Shown piece after piece: positions 30,407 through 37,751 of a stretch of 64,000 nucleotides of DNA. The DNA is taken from NCBI GenBank assembly GCA_016186625.1, contig JACPLG010000008.1:16071-80070 (forward strand), read 5' to 3'. The notes below the pieces were generated by a model. The model was not told the DNA's origin. It did not search any database and worked only from the letters and a program-made list of their open reading frames with translations. The translations under genes were made by a program, and so were the position numbers. Position 1 is the first letter of the stretch. Every line of letters starts with the position of its first letter. Source of the DNA: Candidatus Levyibacteriota bacterium (lineage in GTDB: Bacteria > Patescibacteriota > Microgenomatia > Levybacterales > UBA12049).

Positions 30407-30433
30407 CTTACAGAATTATGTACAATTTGTCAA
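30407..30433 (-). promoter_or_regulatory. TA operon promoter
   Basis: TTGACA-17-TAAGAT with TGTACA in the spacer (left coordinate approximate). Confidence 0.6.
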
Positions 30434-30469
30434 TGGGGCAATTATAGCAAATAAGGATGGTTTACAATT

Positions 30470-31210
30470 TTAAGTATCAAGCATATCCCATTCATCTCCT
30501 AAAACCCAACGTAAAGTTGATAATTTGCCATTGATCATTCCCCATTCAAAATCTGTGTAAGGTCCCAGATTCTTTTTCCCATATTTCTTTTCTACTTTTT
30601 TTGCTGCCGACAAAGCACCTTCGACAATATCCTTAGGAGTGTTTTTACCAAGATGACCACCAGTTTTCATTAGCTGATGGCGGTCGTACCAAATTTTGTC
30701 AAAGTATTCCTCTTCTGCTTCTAGAATGATTTTAATACTCCGAATAGGACCCGAAATCAAGTCATATTTTCTAAGCAGCGAAATTTTCTTTCTAGATAAC
30801 TTTTCAAGCATCGGTCGTTCCCAGACTTTAATTTTAAAAGGTGGATTATTTGTTTTCTTGTAAGTTTCGATATAATCCTTGGCCGGATTAGATAGAAAAT
30901 TTGAAACTATAAAAATCACGCCATCTGGTCTTTCTGCTTCTGCCCATGTTAGGAGATTTCGAAGTGCTTCAGGCGGTACGCCCTTAGTATGATGCTTGCA
31001 GTCTGTGAACCATTTTTCAAAATATTTACTTTCGTCAATATCAATTCTTTCTTCTTGGAAAACGATGTCCCTGCCTCTGTCAGAAGGACTAGTATTGAGA
31101 CCAGTTCCCTTTCGCCAATCTACATTGAAATATCCTAATTTCTGAAGTAGATCAAAACAAAACTCCTCAAATTCTATTGAAGTTAGGTGTTTAAAAGATG
31201 TAGTATTCAT
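30470..31210 (-). CDS. Mrr-like restriction endonuclease (PD-(D/E)xK) with extra C-terminal domain
   Basis: EFEEFCFDLL..GY, SDRGRDI, DCKH; C-terminal WGMINGKLSTLRWVLG. Confidence 0.8.
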   Translation of the reverse strand: MNTTSFKHLTSIEFEEFCFDLLQKLGYFNVDWRKGTGLNTSPSDRGRDIVFQEERIDIDESKYFEKWFTDCKHHTKGVPPEALRNLLTWAEAERPDGVIFIVSNFLSNPAKDYIETYKKTNNPPFKIKVWERPMLEKLSRKKISLLRKYDLISGPIRSIKIILEAEEEYFDKIWYDRHQLMKTGGHLGKNTPKDIVEGALSAAKKVEKKYGKKNLGPYTDFEWGMINGKLSTLRWVLGDEWDMLDT

Positions 31211-31313
31211 AGCTTGGTAGGTTGGGTGCAATAATATTACAAATTGAGCCTATTTGCAAATTTTGTGGTGCAATTATAGCAGAGTTAATGGATAATATTT
31301 TGTTTGCCTGAAT

Positions 31314-31343
31314 TACAATACTACGCTATAGCGTAGTATTGTA
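31314..31343. repeat. Perfect 30-bp palindrome in an ORF-less cassette
   Basis: TACAATACTACGCTA|TAGCGTAGTATTGTA. Confidence 0.9.
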
Positions 31344-31378
31344 CTGCTATCTAATTATTCTATATTACCGCAGGGCAA

Positions 31379-31849
31379 TTATAGCAGAAGGAGAAAATAA
31401 CAGATTCCCAAAAAGTAAACGACTAAAAAAAGAATTATTAACAATAAATGAATTTCATGTGTGGTAAAAAATCGTGCAGGTCTAGGCATTCTGTATGGAC
31501 GATCGATCAGTACTTCTGCTCCTTCCGAATACTTTTTACCCTTTCCATTTAGCAAGTTCCAACTTGAAGGTTCAGATTCTCTTACCTGCGCCATTCGAAA
31601 TTGAAAATAGTTTGTTCTTTTTTGGTAAGAAAGCAACCAAATAAGACTAACAATAAAACCAATTATACAAAGTATTAGCAAAAACGTATTCGAACCTAAA
31701 TTTTTGTCCCAAACCACAGCAATAACTGATCCTAAAATTGTGTTAGCAATTAAAAATATATTCGAAGTTTGCCAGAAAAGACTATCTTCATTTTGTTGTA
31801 TTTTTAAAGCAATTTCATATTGCTTTATTTGCATTTCTTCTTTTGTCAT
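31379..31849 (-). CDS. Small multi-TM membrane protein, RipA-like
   Basis: QYE..E..FWQTSNIFLIANTIL, two TMs, then a C-terminal TM; stop codon lies inside repeat R9. Confidence 0.6.
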   Translation of the reverse strand: MTKEEMQIKQYEIALKIQQNEDSLFWQTSNIFLIANTILGSVIAVVWDKNLGSNTFLLILCIIGFIVSLIWLLSYQKRTNYFQFRMAQVRESEPSSWNLLNGKGKKYSEGAEVLIDRPYRMPRPARFFTTHEIHLLLIILFLVVYFLGICYFLLLL

Positions 31850-31866
31850 TGGGTAATTATAGCAGA

Positions 31867-31941
31867 GTTGTGCTTAGGGTTTTTGATGTCAGAATGTACC
31901 TTCCCACTTGGAATGTGGGAAGCAAGATTCTATCATTCATT
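31867..31941 (-). repeat. Mini-cassette copy 2
   Basis: Near-identical to 25892-25966. Confidence 0.9.
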
Positions 31942-31994
31942 GGGGGCAATTATAGCCCTTCGGCTCTGCTCAGGGCAAGCAGAAATTATTTTCT

Positions 31995-33962
31995 TTAATT
32001 AAAAACTACGGTTGATTCGTTGGAGCAAGTAGTAGTTCCTTCTTCACAAACTTTATAAATATAGGTGCCGCTTCCTCTCTGGTTAATATTATCAGTGTAG
32101 AATCCATCATTTGCTGTAGTTGCCACTAAAACGCTGTCTCGATACACATAAACATTAGTTGTATTTGCACCAGACCAGTTAAGATCAGCCTTTTGCAGCC
32201 CTTTGACTTTATATCCTGTAGTTGTTAAAGAAATATCAGGTGCTTCAACAACAGTTATTACTACATCATCCGAGGCTGATGCTCCGTCGTTGTCTGTAAC
32301 CGTTAAAGTGACGGTATGTGTACCTAAGGCGAAATCAACGGTAAGAGTAGCGCCGCTTCCCAGCCATATCCCACCCTCGTACCAATCATAAGAAACAATA
32401 CTTCCGTCAGGATCATAAGAGCCGGAACCATCCAGAGTGACGGCTTCTGTGCCATTACCGTCATTATCAATAACTGTCTGATCTGCGCCGGCGTCGGCAA
32501 CCGGCGAATCATTAAAATTGTCTACCACTACGTTCACCTGATCGCTTTTTGTTTGAGATGCAGTATCTGTGGCAACAGCTTTTATCACGTGGCTTCCTTC
32601 TGCTGCAGTTGTTGTATCCCAGTTTGCTTCATACGGGATTTGGGTATCAGAGCTAAGCAAAACACCGTCAATATAAAAATCAACGCTAACTACCCCGTTA
32701 TCATCTGAGGCATCAGCAGTAATAAGAATTGTTCCCGAAACCGTAGCTCCTTCTGACGGACTGGTAATGGAAACAGCAGGGAGTTGATCAACCGGCCCGG
32801 GAACACTTGCTGCCGCTGCCGCGTCCACCCTGCCATAACCATAATGCTTGTCCCGGCCCGAACTGCCAAGATCTACGGCCGTACTATTCATTCTACCCCG
32901 AACATCGTCAAAACCGGCCTTTATAACTAAGGCCGCGGTACCGGCAACATGCGGACTAGCCATGGATGTTCCGCTATAGTTTCCGTAACCTCCTCCGGGA
33001 AGCGTTGACTTGATACTTACCCCGGGACCTGAAATTTCAACCGCAGGACCGGTACTTGACCAGCTTGCCCGCTTATCATCGCTGTTGGTTGCCGCAACTG
33101 CCACCAATGAATCCCAACGGGCAGGATAGATGACATTATCTCCGTTTCCGGGTGGGTTGCCGGAGTTGCCTGCCGCCGCAATATGGAGTATTCCCAAAGC
33201 CGCAGAATTGTCAAAAGCCGCCTTAACCGTAATTCCCGGGTCTCCGGAGCTCCCATAGCTGTTATTGGTGATCCCAACACCGTCATTTACCGCTTTTTCA
33301 AGCGCCGCTATAACATCGCTGTAGCTTCCGCTACCGTTTGACCCCAATACTTTATAAGCATAAACCTTAGCCTCAGGCGCTACCCCAACAACGCCTACGT
33401 CATTGTCTTCTGCTGCAATTGTTCCTGAGACATGCGTTCCATGGCCATTATCATCCATTGGATCAGCGTCATCATTATAAAAATCATAACCGCCGGCATA
33501 ATTTGCATCCAAGTCCGGATGGGTATAATCAATTCCTGAATCAATTACGCCAACCTTAACTCCCGTTCCTTTATTACCGCCGTCATGCACTGTTCCTGAG
33601 CCAATCTTTTTTACCCCCCAAGTACCGTCAAGTTCGGCATCTACGGCGTAAACTTTAATATCCGGTTCTATTACCTTAACGTTGGGGTTATTAAGAAGTG
33701 CTTCTTGGGCATTTGTCGGAATGTTTGCCGCAATTGCGGGGACTAAATTATATGTGTATTTAATTTCTCCGCCGTGTGCTTTTACCAGTGCCTGTTCATT
33801 TTTTCCAGGAGTTTTTGTAAATCCAATAATTACATCCTCCCGTGAAGATGCCTGAGGCGCCCTGGGCGTTTGTGAATTAACTTGTGCCGCAAATGGCGTA
33901 AAAACTAAACCAACAGCCAATATTGCAGCAGTTAAAATTTTGCTAAGTCTTTTTAACCACAT
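31995..33962 (-). CDS. Secreted subtilisin-like S8 serine protease with Ig-like and PKD domains
   Basis: Signal peptide, propeptide, IDSG / HGTHVSG / GTSMASPHV triad, PVADAGADQ..LDGSGSYDPDG PKD. Confidence 0.93.
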   Translation of the reverse strand: MWLKRLSKILTAAILAVGLVFTPFAAQVNSQTPRAPQASSREDVIIGFTKTPGKNEQALVKAHGGEIKYTYNLVPAIAANIPTNAQEALLNNPNVKVIEPDIKVYAVDAELDGTWGVKKIGSGTVHDGGNKGTGVKVGVIDSGIDYTHPDLDANYAGGYDFYNDDADPMDDNGHGTHVSGTIAAEDNDVGVVGVAPEAKVYAYKVLGSNGSGSYSDVIAALEKAVNDGVGITNNSYGSSGDPGITVKAAFDNSAALGILHIAAAGNSGNPPGNGDNVIYPARWDSLVAVAATNSDDKRASWSSTGPAVEISGPGVSIKSTLPGGGYGNYSGTSMASPHVAGTAALVIKAGFDDVRGRMNSTAVDLGSSGRDKHYGYGRVDAAAAASVPGPVDQLPAVSITSPSEGATVSGTILITADASDDNGVVSVDFYIDGVLLSSDTQIPYEANWDTTTAAEGSHVIKAVATDTASQTKSDQVNVVVDNFNDSPVADAGADQTVIDNDGNGTEAVTLDGSGSYDPDGSIVSYDWYEGGIWLGSGATLTVDFALGTHTVTLTVTDNDGASASDDVVITVVEAPDISLTTTGYKVKGLQKADLNWSGANTTNVYVYRDSVLVATTANDGFYTDNINQRGSGTYIYKVCEEGTTTCSNESTVVFN

Positions 33963-34062
33963 AGTAAAACTTTCAAAATTGTTCTGTTCAAATGCTATTT
34001 TACCACATAATGCAAGTCCTGTGAAATTTAATTGGAATCTGAGACAGTCTTAAGAACAAAGT

Positions 34063-34260
34063 TTAAAGGGGAAATTCTTCCAAAAATTTATAATTTGCGC
34101 CGCTTCTTGAGAGGTGTGACTCCATCAAAACAAAAGAATCAACTCTGTCTTGCCATAAAACTTCCTCGTCTAATTTTTTAACTTCGAACTTAGAAAATGA
34201 ACCGGGATTGAATCGAATCAAAGTCATATGTATAAGAAATTTTTTGTTTTTGTCGGCATC
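34063..34260 (-). pseudogene. C-terminal remnant of RNA 2',3'-cyclic phosphodiesterase (ThpR/LigT, 2H family)
   Basis: KFLIHMTLIRF...VDSFVLMESHLSRSGANYKFLEEFPL*; in-frame stop just upstream, N-terminal half missing. Confidence 0.65.
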
Positions 34261-34289
34261 TCAAAGTAGACAACAGGATTCATCCCAAT

Positions 34290-34745
34290 TCAAATTTTTT
34301 CTCCATGTCTTCGGAAGCGATTTATTGCCTCTGAAATTTCCTTTGATTCATTTGTTAAATAGTCAATATTAGCAGTATCATCGCTAATGAAATCGTCAAA
34401 TCTCCCGCTTCTTGAGGTATAATACGGTTGAATCATGGGGTGATCTGCTTTAAATCCAATTCTTCCTTCCAGATCGTTAGGATCTATCATGTCAAAATAA
34501 TAAACGGAATATGGATGTTTTTTCCCATCTCTCCCGATTTCAAGAAAAACTTCCCTTCCAAACCTATAGCCGTTCCAATAAATAATTAAATTATGGGAGA
34601 TTTCTCCACTTGGGCCAATGTATATTGAATCAATAAATGAAGATATAACATCCGAGGCAGAAGTTCCGTGAGGATTGACAGGTTGCTCAATTGCTCCTCT
34701 AAATTTTTGCAAAAACCTTCGTCCTGCCTCAATCATAGTCAGCAA
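34290..34745 (-). CDS. Hypothetical protein
   Basis: 151-aa ORF; TATAAT just upstream of an ATG. Confidence 0.55.
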   Translation of the reverse strand: MLTMIEAGRRFLQKFRGAIEQPVNPHGTSASDVISSFIDSIYIGPSGEISHNLIIYWNGYRFGREVFLEIGRDGKKHPYSVYYFDMIDPNDLEGRIGFKADHPMIQPYYTSRSGRFDDFISDDTANIDYLTNESKEISEAINRFRRHGEKI

Positions 34746-34761
34746 TTATATTCTCTTTGAC

Positions 34762-34790
34762 TTGACAACACAAATTTCCCGGCCTAGAAT
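34762..34790 (+). promoter_or_regulatory. Sigma70-type promoter for the recombinase
   Basis: TTGACA-17-TAGAAT, about 190 nt upstream of the ATG. Confidence 0.6.
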
Positions 34791-34981
34791 AAAACCATAA
34801 AGAAGAATTATCGCAGAATTTGCGCTTATTACTGCGACGCGAGCATCGCAGAATGATCGATTCGCCTATGTATAAATCGGAACGCTCTGGTTCGAAAAAA
34901 TTTCAAATGTGGCACTCGCCTACTCTTTCTGCTAATGGACAATTTTTTGAAGATTTAGCCATTAAATTTAACTTATAGTTT

Positions 34982-35914
34982 ATGGAAACAAAACTGCCCG
35001 ACCTTATCGATGATTTTTTGGAATACCTTGAGATCGAGAAAAACTGCAGCAAGCTTACAATTAGAGACTACAGGCACTACTTGGAAGTGTTTAACGACTG
35101 GTATATTAGAACAATTCCTGACAAATCACTGGAAAAATTAGACCTCTCTGATATAAGACGCTACAGAGTTTTTCTTTCCAACAAGATTGATGAGAAAGGA
35201 GTAGGTCTAAAAAGAGTTACCCAAAATTATTACATAATAGCACTTCGTTCATTCCTCCGATTTCTTATAAAAAATGATTACAAAACCCTTGAACCGTCAA
35301 AAATCGATTTGCCAAAAACAGAAAGTAGGTCTTTGAAGTTTTTGGAAAGAGAGCATGTGGAGCGTTTGGTCACTGCACCGGATACCACAAAGGAGGAAGG
35401 GATTAGGGACAGGGCAATTATTGAATTATTATTTTCAACAGGTCTTCGCGTATCAGAATTAACCAAGTTAAACAGGGACCAAATTAATCTTGAGAGACGT
35501 GAGTTTGGTGTAATTGGAAAAGGAGGACGAGGACGAATTGTGTTCGTTTCTGATAGAGCTTCAGAATGGATAAAAAATTACCTCAATAAGAGGAAGGATA
35601 CTTTTAAGCCAATGTTTATAAGATATTCCGGAAAAGTTATTGAGGAAGATAATGGAGAGAAAATGAGACTCACTCCAAGGTCAATTGAGCGAATAGTTAA
35701 AAAATATGTCAGGGCAACTCGCCTGCCGGTGGATGCTACAGTTCACACTCTAAGACATAGTTTTGCAACAGATCTCTTGACAAACGGCGCAGACCTTCGC
35801 TCAGTCCAGGAAATGCTTGGCCACAAAAATATTGCTACAACTCAGATCTATACACATATAACAGATAAGCAACTTAGGGAGGTACACAAATCATTCCACA
35901 GCGGAAATAAATAA
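34982..35914 (+). CDS. Xer-type tyrosine recombinase
   Basis: SAM-like N-domain; LFSTGLRVSEL (R), GKGG (K), HTLRHSFAT, LGHKNIATTQIYTH. Confidence 0.95.
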   Translation: METKLPDLIDDFLEYLEIEKNCSKLTIRDYRHYLEVFNDWYIRTIPDKSLEKLDLSDIRRYRVFLSNKIDEKGVGLKRVTQNYYIIALRSFLRFLIKNDYKTLEPSKIDLPKTESRSLKFLEREHVERLVTAPDTTKEEGIRDRAIIELLFSTGLRVSELTKLNRDQINLERREFGVIGKGGRGRIVFVSDRASEWIKNYLNKRKDTFKPMFIRYSGKVIEEDNGEKMRLTPRSIERIVKKYVRATRLPVDATVHTLRHSFATDLLTNGADLRSVQEMLGHKNIATTQIYTHITDKQLREVHKSFHSGNK

Positions 35915-36266
35915 TTAATTTCGCTCATCAAGTTTTTTTCTGTAAAAATTTACACGAGCTCGTGCGCGGGTTGCTTCGATGAAATTACCTTTTAGGGTTG
36001 CTTTTACTTGAAGTAAAAATGCTTTTTGAAATTTTCGTTCGTCTTTACTCATCACGTTAGAAATTGAAATCTAAGATGTTTTATCGTTAAAATTAATAAG
36101 TTAAATCTAGCCCGACTCATATTTAAAGGGTTTCGTATGTAATTATTTTCAAGCCATTTCTGTCTCCCATAGATATATTTATCTTTCTATATCTTGGAGT
36201 AATTTGTCAAGCAGGAATGTGATTAGAATTACTACTTGGAAATGTGGGAGCGCAGTTTAAATAATT

Positions 36267-36686
36267 TTACAATGTGACACAATTAACACTAACCTTATCT
36301 TTTTGGTAAAGAGGCTTACTATCATTTTGGGCCTGGATTGATAAATAGTACTTCCCTGTTCCGCAGACTCGTTTTGAAATTTTCCAATAGCTATCGTTGT
36401 TAATAACAGTAACGTCTTGTTCAACCGCTTCTTCTACATCTTCTGTCTGGGTGGCTTTAGTGGGCTCTGGTTTTGCTTCAGAAGTGGTGACAATTTTGGT
36501 ATCAGGCTTTACTTTTAAGCTGTTGATCCCAAAGATGAGTGCTGGAAGAGCGGCGAGTACGGCCATGAACAAAAAAACTATAGCAAGTTTTTTCTTAATG
36601 CTTCTTTCACCGGATTTTGGTTCTTGATACAAGCCATTAGAATCTTTACCCCAATACTTTATTTCAAAATTCCCATCTCCATCCAT
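36267..36686 (-). CDS. Membrane-anchored LysM-like protein
   Basis: TM followed by V..NDSYWKISKR..G.GKYY..I...N. Confidence 0.65.
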   Translation of the reverse strand: MDGDGNFEIKYWGKDSNGLYQEPKSGERSIKKKLAIVFLFMAVLAALPALIFGINSLKVKPDTKIVTTSEAKPEPTKATQTEDVEEAVEQDVTVINNDSYWKISKRVCGTGKYYLSIQAQNDSKPLYQKDKVSVNCVTL

Positions 36687-36773
36687 TATGGGGGAAATTC
36701 TAACACACTATAAGTTAGAAAGTCAATTATGATTGGATTCTTTTAACAATTTATTTATATATATTGAAGAAGA

Positions 36774-37622
36774 CTATAAGGTTCTAGTTTGTTTATCTGC
36801 GGCATTAACAAGATTTTCCATTAGGCAGGCTACATTTAGCGGTCCTACTCCTCCTGGTGTTGGCGAATAATAACTTGTAATCCCTTCAACCTCGCTATCT
36901 TCATAGTCTCCTTTTAACTTGCCTTTTTTATCAGTAAAAAGCCCTACCCCTATAAGAATTACATTTTTTTTGATATCTTTTGCAGATAACACGTGTTTTC
37001 CGACAGCTGATACTACAATGTCTGAGCGCTTAAGAATTTGATCCCGATTTTTTGTTTTTGAATCTATAATGTTGGGGTTTGCTTCTTGTTTACTTAACAA
37101 TTCAATTATAGGACGGCCTGCTGTCTGACCTTTCCCAATTGCGGCAACTCTTTTACTATTTAGCCACTTTTTGAAGCCTTGTTTTTGTTTGCTCTGCCTA
37201 TAAACATACTTAAGCATTATAATTACAGCTTGGGCTACAGGTACAGGATATGCTGGGCGCGAACCAAAGCCATCGACTTCTTTACTAGGAGAAACTAAGT
37301 CAGTTAGTCTGTCTACTTCGATATTGCCTGGAGCAGGCCGCTGAAGAATAATTCCGTGGACTTTTGGATTTTTATCAAGTTTTTTAATAAGTTTTTCTAA
37401 TTCCTCATTCGTGGTTGTTTCTTTAACAGGAAGTACTTTGACTAATGCTCCAATTTCTTTAGCCTTGATCCCCTTTTGCCTTACATAAATATCCGAAGCA
37501 ACATTGTTTCCCATAAGGATTATTGCCAGAGTTGGGGTGACATTTTTTGATTTAAGACGCCTTACTCTGATTTTTAATTTGGAAAGTTTTTCGGAGGCAA
37601 GTTTTTTACCGTCAATTTTCAT
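36774..37622 (-). CDS. folD: Bifunctional methylenetetrahydrofolate dehydrogenase/cyclohydrolase
   Basis: IDGKKLA, YVRQK, VHGIILQRP, KEVDG, PTPGGVGPLNVACL. Confidence 0.92.
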   Translation of the reverse strand: MKIDGKKLASEKLSKLKIRVRRLKSKNVTPTLAIILMGNNVASDIYVRQKGIKAKEIGALVKVLPVKETTTNEELEKLIKKLDKNPKVHGIILQRPAPGNIEVDRLTDLVSPSKEVDGFGSRPAYPVPVAQAVIIMLKYVYRQSKQKQGFKKWLNSKRVAAIGKGQTAGRPIIELLSKQEANPNIIDSKTKNRDQILKRSDIVVSAVGKHVLSAKDIKKNVILIGVGLFTDKKGKLKGDYEDSEVEGITSYYSPTPGGVGPLNVACLMENLVNAADKQTRTL

Positions 37623-37747
37623 CCCGTTAAAGATAGCAAGCGTTTTAGTCTAAAACGCTTGCGTAAATCAGTAGTATAACCAGTATACCATTTGTGCTTT
37701 TCAAGCTTTGGAGAACTAAAACATAATATAATCGATCTTTAACGGGA
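37622..37747. mobile_element. MITE-like element with TTCA duplication and internal GIY-YIG nuclease remnant
   Basis: TCCCGTTAAAGAT...ATCTTTAACGGGA; minus strand YVLVLQSLK / KWYTGYTTDLRKRF. Confidence 0.75.
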
Positions 37748-37751
37748 TTCA

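Larger units (their letters stand above)
25875..31983 (-). repeat. Eleven direct copies of a ~17-bp cassette-boundary site (plus strand consensus GGGGCAATTATAGCAGA)
   Basis: Copies start at about 25875, 25967, 27093, 27659, 29422, 29828, 30435, 31267, 31372, 31850, 31943. Confidence 0.92.

Noticed and set aside
25875-31983. CRISPR array
   Set aside because: Repeats are only ~17 bp, spacing ranges from ~75 bp to 1.7 kb with whole genes between copies, and there are no cas genes.
25671-32002. Plus-strand ORFs 25671-25979 and 31820-32002 sharing IIAELCLGFL...
   Set aside because: Antisense read-through of the duplicated mini-cassette; no expression signals.
34982-35914. Classical integron integrase (IntI) with attC cassettes
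   Set aside because: The IntI-specific insertion is not present, the protein looks XerC/D-like, and no attC hairpins were recognised.
36048-36080. Additional MITE copy (TCACGTTAGAAA)
   Set aside because: Only one end is recognisable; no partner IR or target duplication.
24100-36260. Prophage or ICE
   Set aside because: No structural, replication or conjugation genes, and no flanking att pair or tRNA duplication seen.
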